Shown one piece after another: positions 22,482 through 35,758 of a stretch of DNA of 64,000 nucleotides (position 1 is its first letter; every line of letters starts with the position of its first letter). Position numbers and translations under genes: made by a program. Origin of the DNA: Octopus bimaculoides. Lineage: Eukaryota. The DNA is taken from NCBI RefSeq assembly GCF_001194135.2, contig NC_068991.1:8412526-8476525 (forward strand), in the 5' to 3' direction. The notes beneath the pieces were generated by a model. It had not been told where the DNA came from and did no database searches. It worked only from the letters and a program-made list of their open reading frames with translations.

Positions 22482-24179
22482 CATTTAGCACCATTTGGTT
22501 CATCCATAGACATGTGTTACTGAAGACTTTTCTTTTTTTCTCTCAGTTAAGTTTTGTTTCGTTTTATGGTTTAATTATTATAAATGCTTATTTTGAAAGT
22601 AAACAGCTCTTAAACTGTAAGTTCAAACGTTAACATGTATTATTTTAACTTTTTCTGGCAGTCATTCCAAAACAATTTGTTTTTTTATCAATACAATATT
22701 TTAATTTTTTATATTTATTTTCACAAAATTATTCTTATTTAATGTTTAATTTATTCTTATTTAATATTTAATTGGATAAAACCTCTACATTATTTATTAC
22801 AAAGACTGAAATGGAAAATTAGATTTTCTTATTGGTGAAAGAGTAGACTCTTTGCAAAACGTAAGATTTTCTGAAATAATTAATTTTTACTCGTATTTAA
22901 TTCCCAATTTATCGGTCGTAACTTCATTATGTAAATGTCTACATAACTTCCCGCCGCTCTGTTATTTCAATGTATAGTTTATAAAATGCTTCGGTGTTGT
23001 TTTACATATTACAAAACCAAAGATTATTACGATGAAATAACAAATGTACTTTAATTATTTTTTCCCGGATTGCTCAAATGTTTTTGTATCGATTACAGTC
23101 ATTTTTTTAAAAATTTATGTAAACAGTTTAGATTTTTTTCTTTAAACAAAAAAACTTTAATGGAAAAAGGAGATTCATTTATGCTTGGCAAGAGACTTTT
23201 TCTCTTCAGCCATCATAGTATGAAATAATAACAGATGAACTAAATAGAAAAAAGCAAAATATCTAACCGGTTCTCTTACTTAAATAATATATGTACTTAT
23301 ATAATTAGCAGAACAAGACATACGAATAAAGCAGAACCGATTATAGACCAGGACAACTATAATGAAGAAGGGTTTTCATTAAGATAAGATAGATAAACTA
23401 AAACAAAATAAAAATCAATAAAGTGAAAATGAAAGTGGAGGTGAAAAGCAGAATTAGGAGGCGATTACATATGAGTTAAGCGGTGATACGTAATTAGGGT
23501 ATAATATATGATGAGGACCATCATCTCCCTTTTTAATATCCATGGTCCACATGGATGCCCTTCCTAACAACAACCACTTTACAGTGTGTATTGGGTGCCT
23601 TTTACTTGTTACCATCTCTATTGAGGTCACCATGCAGCTTGCAAGATTACAAACCCTGAGGGGACAAGGGATTAAAGTACTGGAGAAGTGAGGGGGCAGA
23701 GCAGGTTCTTGTAGAGGAACTGCATGGTTACTCAGATTTAGTTGGAGGAGGAGAGAATGATCAGTAGGAACTGCAAAGAGGGAGTTGAGATGAGGTGTCC
23801 AGGTGGGCCTTCAAGGCGAAAAGTGAGTGGATGGGTGGGGGTGGGTTGTAAGATTGCATGGGAAGCAAGAGAAGAATATAATATAATATAATGTAATATA
23901 ATAAGTACCAGTTGAGTAAGCACTGGAGTTGATGTAATCAGCTGAATTACTCCTGGGTGAGAGCATAAGAACTGCACCCCTCCACCAAGTCATGTCAAGT
24001 CTGTGTTTCAGAAAAGGCTCATCAAACCAGTGCGATCTCAAGCTTAAATTTAATATAATGAATTGATTTATTTAATGAATTGTAATATAAGGAAACTATA
24101 ACAATGTGTGGACTGATCCTAAGGGTAAATGATAAGTCTCTAAGGGTGTCAGTGGCACAAATTGTTAAAAATGTCAAGA

Positions 24180-24778
24180 TTATATAATGCATATGGACAA
24201 ACTGCAATGCTGCATGACAGTAAGATGTGGGCTTTGAATGCAAAAGACATGCAAAGGCTGGAGAGGAACAAAGCTGATATGCTCTACTGAATGTGCATTG
24301 TCTGTGTGCATATGCAACAGAGCATTAATGTATTGAGAGGAATTAGATGCAGTGTGCAAGAGAGAAGACTGCGCTGGTTTTGGTCATGTAATGTGGATGG
24401 ATGAGGATAGTTGCCTAAAGAAGTGTTGATCATTTGAAGTGGAGGGAAGTTGTGGAAGTTGAGAGAGACCCAGGAAGACATAGTACAAAGTATTGAAGGC
24501 TGATCTCAAAATGCTAAGCCTTACGAAGGAGATGACAGAGGACTCAGATATGTGGAACATTGCTGTACTCAAGTAAACTTGCCCACCACAACAGAAGTGA
24601 GATCCTAAAACCAAGGTGCCATGTTAAAAGCAATGGTGTGTGTGCTGGTGCCATGTAAAAGCACTCAGTAGATTCTGTGAAGTGGTTGACATTAGGAAGA
24701 ACATCCAACTGTAGAAACCAAGTCAAAACATACTATGAAAGTGTCCAGCATGGAAAACACCATTAAATGATGATGTTT
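24180..24778 (+). mobile_element. Decayed 5'-truncated RTE LINE with contiguous 3' UTR
   Basis: Remnants of ERRLRWFGHV.WMDEDSC..K and RPRKT, then the GCTGGTGCCATGTAAAA module and ttaaatgatgatg tail. Confidence 0.82.
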
Positions 24779-24944
24779 TGGTAAACTCACATCTTAATTC
24801 TGCCTTTCCCATCTTACTCCATCCTTATTTTACTTTACTAGTTTTTATTTTATTTTATTTATCCTATCCTACTTAATCTAAAGCCTTCATGGTTGTATTT
24901 GTCCCGATTTATAATCTGCTTCACTTTATATATTTTAAAACAGA

Positions 24945-25055
24945 TTTTACACACACACACATATAGATAGATAGATATAGATATATGTATGTATATGTGT
25001 ATGTATGTCTATCTATGTATATGTATGTATGTATATTTATATATATGTGTGTGTG

Positions 25056-25088
<33 letters not shown>

Positions 25089-25245
25089 ATTTATTGGCTA
25101 AACTGGCAACATGACCATCCCCAAATACAACAATATATATATATGTTTGTGTGTATATGTATATATATATATGTGTGTGTGTATATATGTATGTATGTAT
25201 ATATATATACACGCACACATATATATATATATGCACATATATATT
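24945..25245. repeat. Compound TA/TG/TATG microsatellite
   Basis: Direct reading; source of spurious YI/CV-rich ORFs. Confidence 0.95.
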
Positions 25246-28200
25246 CCACATAAACCTTTATATTTTTGTTTATCTTGTGTAAAGGTGACATTTAGTTATT
25301 GTAGTTAGAGTATAAAAGAATTCTATCTTATTTTAAGTAAGTGACTAATTCACTTGAAAAAAAGAAATTGGTTGAATTGACGGTACCTTATAAAGTTTAA
25401 TACATGATAAAATATTTATGTGAAACTGCCTTGTTACTGTGAAAATTATCTTTTTTTTCCTTTTCTTTTAATGATAGCTATATTAAGAGCAAAATTACTT
25501 TTAATGTAAGGATTGGTATAGATGAGTACAAGATATCAATGTTATGTGTCATAGCTTTGTACATTGGTAATTTTACTTGTATATGTTTAATAACTGGTTT
25601 TCTCTTTCACTGTTTTATTATAGGGAATTTATATACATTCATATACTGATAATTTATCTTAGTATCTATTCTTAAACTGAGTAATTGAGACTTCAAAAAA
25701 TGGATAGAAATTGAAAACCTTCAAGCTAGTAGGCCGATTCTTGTATGACCAAGTCAAATATTGCTCTCTCTGGAAAACAGACAAATCATTGAATATTTTA
25801 GAGACTACCTTTTTTTTTTAAACTCTGAATTAATCTAATTTTGATTGATCATTTCCCTTTTCATGGCTAACTTATCACCATGTCAATCCTATAAGATTGA
25901 ATTTTTAAAGAATGTCATCTTAAGTTTTTTTCCTAGATGGAGAATCTGGGAAAGGGTGAAGTGAAAGTGTCATACATCATTGACCTACTGAAGAAAAGAA
26001 TCTTTGTTTTTATACAAAATTTTCTGCATTGTAATTATTTACCCATTTATACTATCTGAGGTTGATGACGTATGCTCTAGCCATATATTATAGTTCAAAC
26101 AATCATTTATATCTCCTGCTTACATTGCCTAGTAAAAACAAATTCTACTTTGGACACACCAGCAAAAAAAAAAAAAATTATTTTATCACTATCATAGATG
26201 CCTGCAGCCCTTCATATCTTAATTCCAACTCTTTATTAAGTTTAAAAATAAAAATTTTAAAAGACCTATTAGTTTCTTCATTCCTTCTGGTGGCCATCTT
26301 GAAAATTTTACTCATCGACATTTCCACTGTATCACCAACTGTAATATTTCAGTTGAAGGTCAACAATGTTTCTGTTTTTATTTTTATCCCTTGGGTGTGA
26401 AAGGCTATGACTTCACCTTTTTCTTTATACTGCTGCATAAAGGATTGGTATTGGTTATATTGAGATATCATGATAGGGCAAAGTTCAGAGCAAGTTATCA
26501 TTCACATAACATATCTTTTCCTACAGTTTGTAGGATAATTTCCTTTTTTTTTCCTCTCTCTTTGCAGGATAGAAGTAATTTATTGTTTAATGTAATTCAT
26601 AGTATGAAACTTCATACTCATAAAGTTTAGCATTCTGTATTGTATTTACAAAAAGGAATTTTTTACCCATCTTCAATGTAAAGCATAGCATGAAGGTTGA
26701 AATCTAATTAAAGTTAAGTATTCTAGTCTATATTGTTGTTTCTTTTCATTTTTTTTTCATCATCTCCATACGCGTGGTTTGATATTTATATATTTCATCA
26801 GAACAGCTCGTGGACAATTAATAGATTTAAGTCAAAGTTAAGTCTTTCAGAGTCATGTATACAAATAGGTGTAAAAGAAAAATGAAATGAAATAGAAGTG
26901 CAATCAGTGATATCTTCGTCTGTCAAGATGGACACATTTAACAAGATTTAAATGTTTTTCACCAGAGAAATTCATTGAAACTTGTGAGCCAAAGGCTGTT
27001 TATTTCAGAGGTATGGATAAATGTCCATTGTCCTTTGAATTCCTGATTCAGAATGATGTTTCATTTTTTTCCTGTCATTAAAAAGTGTTTTATATATCAT
27101 TCACTTGACATATCATCTTGATGAATGTGTTAAGCAAAATTTAAATGTTTTTAATCAAGGAAATTCACTCAAAATGGTTAGGTTTTGCATTGGATAAAAA
27201 CCGACATATGTTATGCAGCAACAGTAGACTAATTCTACTGATATGGTTTCAGTTCTTGGTTGCAACCATTTCACTTTACTTTCATCATAATTACCCACTT
27301 CTTTCAAATGGTGATGGAGACTGCTGAGACATTAAAGTGCTAGATCTAATGTATATTATTTAGTTCTGTCTTTCTACATTTTGGGGTGAAATCCTGCTGA
27401 TGCCATCAAATATGTGCTGGGTTTGTTTCAATCAATTATACACATCCCTACAAATCTGAGTATTGTGCATACATATATATATGTATATTCTTTCTAATTT
27501 TGCCACAAGGTCAGCAATTTTTAAGGGAGAGGACAAGTCAACCCCAATATCTTCTTTAATTGGTCCCCGAAAAGATCCCTAAATCATAGGACAATATGAG
27601 TCAGGAGAAATACCACAAAGCATTTTCCCAGCATTCTAACTATTCTTCCAGCTAACCTTTTTACATCATCATCATTTAATGTTCGTTTTCCATGCTGGCA
27701 TAGGTCGGACAGTTTGACAGGAGCTGGCTAAGCCAGGCAAGAAGACTGCACCAGGCTTCACTGTCTGTTTTGGCAGGGTTTTTACAGTTGAATGCCCTTC
27801 ATAACATCAGCCAACTTACATTGGATTCTGTTATGCAGTGGAAAATTCATAGACAAATTACCAAATCTCTGATCTTATTTTAATTAAACAAAAAAGAAAC
27901 CCGTCAATTAGTTTAATGTCTCAGGGAAAGGTATGATATTAAAAGCTGTCCATGTATTTCATTTATACGAATTTCCTTTGGTTTACTACATGAACTATTG
28001 TTTTGAGGGCCAGAAGGACTTTCATAAAGTATAAAGCACAAATCGTAATTATAATTCACAGTTGAATTACAGTTATAATATTTCAAAATTTTTCTGTGAG
28101 TTCTAACTGTTTGATCTGCATATTTATTGCATCAATATCTTTTATCTATTACTTGTTTCAGTCATTGAACTGCAGCCATGCTGGACTATCACATTGAAGA

Positions 28201-28399
28201 GATTTAATCAAACAAATCAGCCCTACTACTTATTTTCAGTCTGGTATTTTTTTCTTTCAGTTCTTTTTGCCAAACCACTAAGTTATGGGATGTAAACAAA
28301 CCAACACCGGTTGTCAAGTGGTGGGGTGGGGGTAGAGGTGTGACAGACACATAGACACACACACACACATTTAATTGTGTGTGTGTGTGTGTATTCCTT

Positions 28400-28752
28400 T
28401 ACTCTTTTACTTGTTTCAGTAATCTGACTGCAGCCATGCTGGAGCAGTAGCTTTAGTCGAGCAAATCAACCCCAGGACTTATTCTTTGTAAGCCTAGTAC
28501 TTATTCTATCAGTCTCTTTTTGCTGAACCACTATGTTATGGGGACATAAACACACCAGCATTGGTTATCAAGCGATGTTGGGGGGAACAAACACAGACAC
28601 ACAAACACACACACACATGATGGGCTTCTTTCAGTTTCCGTCTACGAAATCCACTCACAAGACTTTGGTCGGCACATGGCTATAGAAGACACTTGCCCAA
28701 GGTGCCACACTGTGGGACTGAACCTGGAACCATGTGGTTGGTAAGCAAGCTA
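28400..28752 (-). mobile_element. SINE family B (a partial second copy at about 28140-28330)
   Basis: Reverse complement of the 17233-17586 and 50636-51010 copies. Confidence 0.85.
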
Positions 28753-28755
28753 CTG

Positions 28756-28800
<45 letters not shown>

Positions 28801-29328
28801 GTTATCACTGATAGGAACAGAATTGGTTCAGAAGAGCATATTTCTGAATATACTACTGATTGAAAGCCACAAAAATGCTGTATTCTTCTTGAAAATGCTT
28901 CTTTCTCAGCATTAAATACGTTAATACTAGTGAACTAATCAATACATTATGTCATAGGCTCTCAGTAATTATAATTTCTGTGGGATTTAGATTTGCTAGA
29001 ATCAAGACTGATGTTACTAGTTACTTTATTTAATGCTATATAAGAATAATACTCATGAGCCATCAAGAGAAACGTCTGTATTTCCCTCAAATCATACCTT
29101 TGTCTTCAAAGAGAGAGAGAGAGAGAGAGAGAGAAGGAAGAGTCACACTGGATAATATTGTCCTACCTGAAATAAAGATGGAATGGTCACATCTGGAATG
29201 CTTTTCATCATAGATCTGCTCATTTAGAGATAATCTGGGGCTTAGAAGCAATTTAATCACAGTGACTGCAATATATGTCATAAATAAAACCTTATAATCT
29301 GTTAATTCAATTAACTACATGCTTAATG

Positions 29329-29559
29329 TTAACCCTTTCGTTACTGTATTTATTTTGAGATGCTCTGTGTTTCTTTCAATTAATTTTAAATATAACAAAG
29401 AATTTAGTAAAAATAACTTAGTTATCATGAAGTTAGTGTTAGGAACATAAATTGTGACTAAGGTTTGGTGGAAGATTTTAATTCAGAACTAATGAAAACA
29501 AGACATTTGTACTACAGGGCCAGAAGTGGTTTCAGGTGGGTTGGTATCAAAAGGGTTAA
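29329..29559. mobile_element. piggyBac-like MITE (TTAA-CCC…GGG-TTAA), copy 1 of a near-tandem pair
   Basis: TTAACCCTTTCGTTAC … GTATCAAAAGGGTTAA; body shared with 29608-29832 and 15044-15271. Confidence 0.8.
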
Positions 29560-29607
29560 TGTGGCACCATCACTAGTGCTTTCTACATGGCACCAGCATG
29601 AGTGCTT

Positions 29608-29832
29608 TTAACCCCTTTGTTCCCATATTTCTGTTGAGATGCTCTGTTTCTTTCAATTATTTTAAATATAACAAAGAATTTAGTAAAATAACTTAGTTAT
29701 CATTCAGCTAGTGTTAGGAACATAAATTGTGACTAAGGTTTGGTGGAAAATTTTAATACAAAATTTGTGAAAACAAGACATTTGTACTCAGAGCCAGAGC
29801 TAGTTTCACCGGGTTGGTAACGAAAGGGTTAA
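29608..29832. mobile_element. piggyBac-like MITE, copy 2
   Basis: TTAACCCCTTTG … GTAACGAAAGGGTTAA; same orientation as copy 1. Confidence 0.8.
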
Positions 29833-30539
29833 TCATAACTGAATATTTATTACCTCCAGCTATTTCCATAATTTTAGGAGTCAAATGATTTGACTTGAAC
29901 TGTGACTTTACAGGATTCTCTGGAACAATTTTCCATTATCTTCTCCTGGGCCATGAGTAAGTCTAAGCTCAGCGAATTATAAGCAATGTACTTCATTCTA
30001 TACACAGCAATCACTCTTCCCAGTTATCCCCACCTCCCATATAAAAGCTATATAAAATTCACACCCACCCAATTTGCAAACCTTATATCTCAAGTAGGTG
30101 TCAATATTTTCATCTTCTTCTAAGATAATCTTATCTTTATTGAGAATAGGTGTCTTGTCCTCTGGTAATGTTGCCAAACTGGTTCAGCATCCTCTCCTGG
30201 GGGAAGACTTTTTCATTCCACTTCATGCCAAAAAACTGGCACTTAAAATCTCAAGGTTTTTAATAGACATTTTGTCTTTGGGTTTCTTTTAATAAAAATT
30301 TCGATTGACTACATAAAGCTGAAGTATTTTATGTAAGCAGATAGAATCTTTAGTTTGAACAAGTTTTAACAGCAGAAGGGGGAGGGGGTAATGGGCCACA
30401 CTCACAAGAACAAATGGCGTGCTCAGCTGTGCCCCACAGTCATGGTTGTGATGGCGTTGCCATGGGAAATGGCCTGTATTTTACTTTTCTTAATCGTTCA
30501 ATATGATCTCAAAATATCCTCCTCATCATCATCAAGCCC

Positions 30540-30797
30540 TGGACATTTCTACCTCAACATTACTATGAGTTCTATCACTAGAACTCATTGGGCCGGTTAC
30601 CCCGGTGACTGAGATCAGAACACTCCCTGCGAGATCAGAACAATCCATTGCAAGGTTACTCATTTTTGCCAGCTGAGTGGACTGGAGCAATGTGAAATAA
30701 AGTGTGTTGCTCAAGGATACAATGCACCACCAGTATTTGAACTCATGACCTTACGATCATGAACCAGATATTCTAGCCACTAAGCCACATGCGTTCA
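30540..30797 (-). mobile_element. Older tRNA-derived SINE family E (tccagtccactcagctg core)
   Basis: Related pieces at about 4585-4697, 11225-11418, 13862-14095 (+), 54590-54792, 56075-56195. Confidence 0.7.
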
Positions 30798-31495
30798 TAG
30801 AAGCTTCTGATTGTAAAGAGCAAATTGACATCTTTATATGTATTACTATCTAAATAACTTAATTTAATTAATTAATTGTCCTTGGCAGGATTTGTAATCA
30901 GAATCATTAGTTTATTTGATCATCATTCGTGCGGGTGACACGTAAAAGCACCCACTACACTCTCTGAGTGGTTGGCGTTAGGAAGGGCATCCAGCTGTAG
31001 AAACTCTGCCAGATCAGATTGTTGGCTGATGTTGCCATCCGGTTTCACCAGTCCTCAATCAAATCGTCCAACCCATTAAGTTAATCCCATTAAGTTAATC
31101 CAAGGTGCAGGCTCTCTTAAACTGATGAGGATGATATGATTGCCACTCAACTTGAACATCTTTAAGGAAAACTATAGGCAGGGATGGATGTTCTAAATTT
31201 GGGAATTTTTGCTTTCAATACCTTATTTTCAGTAAATTTAGACATAAAGTACTGTTGTCAGGAGTGCCTAGCATCTCCTCTTTGCTAGTCATATTCAGTG
31301 ATTTTATCACAACGTAGTCTCAGTATATAAATAAATTGTTATTGTCTTAAATGTTAGAGTATGTCAGCTTCTAGTCTCTCTTTCTAGCACTGCATGAATA
31401 AAACCGATGAACCATATCTAGAAAAATAACAATAACAATATGATTTCATCATAATATTCACATGATTAAGCTATATTGTTACTATTAGTTTCAAC

Positions 31496-31529
31496 CACTT
31501 CCCAGCCTTTTGGCTAAGATCAAAGTGTA
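31496..31529 (+). pseudogene. RNU2: 3'-truncated U2 snRNA retrocopy with 16-bp target-site duplication
   Basis: cacttcccagccttttggctaagatcaaagtgta matches the U2 5' end (CGCTTCTCGGCCTTTTGGCTAAGATCAAAGTGTA); flanked by tactattagtttcaac at 31480-31495 and 31528-31543. Confidence 0.88.
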
Positions 31530-32002
31530 CTATTAGTTTCAACATAGTTTAGCCAATATTCTGGTTTGATTAAACAATATTGTTACTATTTCTGGATAAT
31601 AGATAATTGATGGAATGCCAAGAAGATGAGGTGCTTGTTAGCTTAGAGTGAAAATTGTGCTAAGGTTAACGTATACTTCTAGTCATATGGCTCTAATTAA
31701 ACACATACAAGCAAATTCCATTTACGCAATTTTGAAGTATTAATTTTAAAAAAACAATCAGCTAAAAAAATATATTTGTAAATTATTTTAGTTTTATTAT
31801 ATTTTATTGTTAGTATTTGTATTGTCAACATATTTAAGTAAAATGCTAACTCTAATGTGTTCCAAGTTATAAACTATGAATTTTCTATTTAGAAATAAAA
31901 CTGAGTGACCCAAATAATAGGGAGCTTTGGCAGCATTTAGTTATATCCCTTTATATTATTAGTTCAAATCCTGTAAAGGTGCTAATATTGTTCTGGAGGT
32001 TA

Positions 32003-32216
32003 AGGTAGTGAGCTGGCAGAATCTTTAGCATGCCATGCAAAATGTTTAGTGGCAGTTTGTCTATCTTTACGCTCTGAGTTCAAATTCTGCCGTGGTTGAC
32101 TTCGGCTTTCATCCTTTCAAGGTCAGTGGAATAAGTACCAGTTGAACATAGGTAGTCGATGTAACCGACTTACTCCCTTCCCTGAAATTGCTGGCCTTGT
32201 GCCAAAATTTGAAATC
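32003..32216 (+). mobile_element. SINE family A
   Basis: Full consensus match. Confidence 0.85.
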
Positions 32217-33811
32217 AGTATTGTTCTGAAGTTGATTCAATCAGTTGCACACCTTCCCTGCAATTTGTGGATTAGAACCAATGTGAAAATTCAATATTTT
32301 ATTCAGAATTGAAATTTAGTTTTAAAGAGGGAGAAGAATTCATTTATTAGAACATTAGAATTATAATGTTATGGGTTAAACTATGGTCTTAGAATTGCAT
32401 CTAAAAAGCTTTATATGTTGTTTTGAACTCTGGAAAAATGGCTTTATTGTAAGAATTAGCTTCATGCGTTACATGTTTTTCATCATCAGGTGTCATGTGT
32501 TCTCATTTAAGTATTATGAAAAGAGATCTGATGTTTTATCAGTTACAAACCACTTCTAGATGAGATCAGTCTGAAATAATCCCATCATAAGCTGTCATAA
32601 ATAAAAGCTTATAGGATCAGTAATCATTTTTGGTTTCTATTCTATTAACCTTTAGCATGCTGTAGGTGCATCATGTTGCCATATAAATTTTCTCCCTTCT
32701 CAATGTGACACAATGCAGCTACAGCAGCAATAACTCATACAGTGACATGCGCCGAAGTGTGCTAAAAGTTAAAATAAATGCTTCTCTGAATAGGTGGCTA
32801 GGTTTTCTTTTAATGTTAGCAACTATTTTCAAATTGTCTTCATTGAAAACAATAATATACTTGAAGGATATATTATTCAATAAAACCTTTAATTCATAAT
32901 AATACATCTTATAAGTTATCTGTAAAGAACCTAGTCAGTCATGATTTCTGTTTTGGCTGATATCAACTGTCAATATTTCCGGAGATGTACTTACTTGTCT
33001 GGCAAATAATTCCATCTGAGGTTGTGTGTTGAAACTAAAGCAATTACAGGATGAAAGACATAATAGCTGTTCAAAAGCACACAAAAGACTGTTAACTCCA
33101 CTTAAAGATTTATTATTTGATGTTGAAATTTTCCTCGCACCAAATAATAAATGTTGAAGTGAACTCTCAATAATAATATATTAAAAATTTGGTAAAAAAG
33201 AAAACAAAAACAAAAAAAAACAGTAGGTTCATAGCAAGCAGAATTCTTAGTCTTATTTAAAATCTATAATTGAAGTTATTTCACTTCACTCAAGCTGTTA
33301 ATGCAATTTAAAACGTAATGAGAATCACAGTTTCTTTATAAATACAAGGGTCTTTTACCTTAAAAATTTTCTTAAAGTGTATCTTTTGAGCAGGAATTAG
33401 TTGTTTGAATTGCTTCTTCTCGTTCCTTATTTCACTTCAACAAAACTTGTTGTTTTTAAAGTTAAAAAAAGACAAAATTCAGCTGTCAAGTCAATTATTT
33501 TCTCTCTTTATACTGATAAAAAAAACCTTTTTATTAGTAAGTAATTTGTAGTTTCTCATAGTTGAACTTGAAATCTGATGTAAAAATTGTCAACTGATTT
33601 CCTAGGATAAACCTAGGAAATAACTGTAATGAATTTTTGAATTTTTGTTTGAATGAATTTTTTCAAAATGATTTTTGAATTTACCACCTACCTTCACTAT
33701 CATATATTTCTTTTGATTCTTTTCTTAATTTCTCAGCTTTCACCAGCAAAAATCAAACATTTTAATTTTACTACACTCAACAATTTAACCCTGGTTTGAA
33801 AGCACTATGGA

Positions 33812-33971
33812 ATGCGTGTGTATGTGTGTGTGTGTGTATATATATATATGTGTGTGTGTGTGAGTGTGGACATATGTATATATATATATATGTGGTATAT
33901 ATATGTATGTATGTATGTATGCATGTATGTATGCATGTATATATATATGTGTGTGTGTGTGTGTGGATATA

Positions 33972-34004
<33 letters not shown>

Positions 34005-34046
34005 GGATATGTATATGTATGTATATGGATATGTATATGTATATGT
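33812..34046. repeat. Compound TA/TG microsatellite
   Basis: Direct reading. Confidence 0.95.
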
Positions 34047-35583
34047 AAACTCTGGCTACCTAAATCTACTAAGTTTTAATGTGAGTTTATTTCTTAGACA
34101 AACACAGTGTCTTGTTAGGGAAAGGGAATATATAACGTTTGTGCTGTTTGCATTAGCATTGAAATAGGTGCGACTTCTCCAACATTAGGTTATATATATA
34201 TGTGTGTGTAGCACAAACGTCATATAACTCCTCTTGTTTGATAAGCAGAATGGGATGACTAGGCATAGCAGACTGGACGTTGAACCTGTTTCAACAACAG
34301 TACTTTTTGGCACTGGAGGCGAATACATACACACACAAAAACATACACATGGAAAGATAATTAGTGAGTGAGTGCGAGAGAGGGGGAAGAAGGAGAGAGA
34401 GAGATTACAATTTGTTAATTGAACACAACTGACATAAACACCTCCCCCTCTCCTTGTACATATAGAAATATATGCTCACACAGAGAAACTCAGAGAGAGA
34501 GAGAGAGAGAGAGAATGTGAACAACATTAAAATAGAAACATCAAAATGAGAAAAGCCTCAGCTATGCCAAATAGGAAGTGCCTAAAGGGCTGTGCCAAAA
34601 CGTCTCGTAATCCCTAATAAAACATTGTGTCTGTGTAAGAAATTAATTAATCATCAAACTCACCTTAAGATTTTAGTATAATGGGGAAGAGGAATCGAAG
34701 TTGAAAGTGACTAAATCTTGTCATCTGCTTCTTAGATGCAGTGAAGATAAAAAAAGAAAAAAAGCACAAGTAAAAAAAACAAAAAAAAAACAAAACAAAA
34801 CAAAGACTTTAAACAATAGAAAAATTATATTTCTAGTAGTTTATTAACTACAAATATTTTTCTATACATGTTTTAACATGCAAGATTTTTGAAGTGAAAA
34901 ATTGATTTTAAGATTTTTTTTTTAAATTTTCAAGGTTATTTGATTACCTCATGTATATCTATTTGGTAGGATGCTTTCTATTTATTGATATGTATAGTTA
35001 ATTATTCAAGACACTTTAGCCTTGTATTATTTATATAAATATATATATATGTATATATATTCTTTTATTTTACTGCTTTAAGACAATGGACTGTGACCAT
35101 GCTGGGGTACCACCTTCAGCAATAATATCGACCCCAGTACATGTTTCAATTTGATATTTATTGCATTGATTTCTATTTGTCAAACTGCTATGTTACAGGA
35201 CATAAAACATACTATAACATAAACTACCCCAGCTTTTAGATTGTAAACACAAATATGGATACAGGTACACGCACACACATATATCTATGGTATGTATATA
35301 TGTGTATAAAACCTGGATTAACAATAGAACAAATCATCAGGTTTGTTCAGTTCCTTTCCTTCAGTGTGTACACCCATATGTATGCGTGTTTATAAATATA
35401 TATATATTCCATAACTGCCATCCCTTAGTGCGAAACTGACTAGTAAGACTGGCCGTAATGAATATATAATACTTAACACTTCAAATTATATATATATACA
35501 TACACGCACTTATGTTTTCATATTTAGTGTTGACAGTTGGGAAAAAAAAGTACATGAAACCATAGTAGAGATTAATAAAGCTT

Positions 35584-35710
35584 TATTTTGGTCAAGTCAG
35601 TCATTTCTTACTCTAGGTTTTCACTATAGGTGCACAGAGTCTTGTAACTTGTCTGAAGATAATGTGCAGTGTAACACCTACACACAAAACAGACTGACTT
35701 GACCAAAATA
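35584..35710. repeat. 127-nt stem-loop closed by a perfect 19-bp inverted repeat
   Basis: tattttggtcaagtcagtc (35584-35602) / gactgacttgaccaaaata (35692-35710); inner taggt/accta and tgcaca/tgtgca pairings. Confidence 0.85.
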
Positions 35711-35758
35711 TAATTTTACAATATATATATATATATGCACTTTTATATTGTCAAGCAG

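Noticed and set aside
29870-30272. Minus-strand frame with in-frame TGA codons, including GC-TGA (selenoprotein-like)
   Set aside because: TAG and TAA stops also occur in the frame, no SECIS is evident, and the stop density is not clearly below chance for AT-rich DNA.
32455-32500. Third CTGATGA hammerhead-like motif on the minus strand
   Set aside because: GAAA is replaced by GAAG, and stems II and III cannot be formed convincingly.
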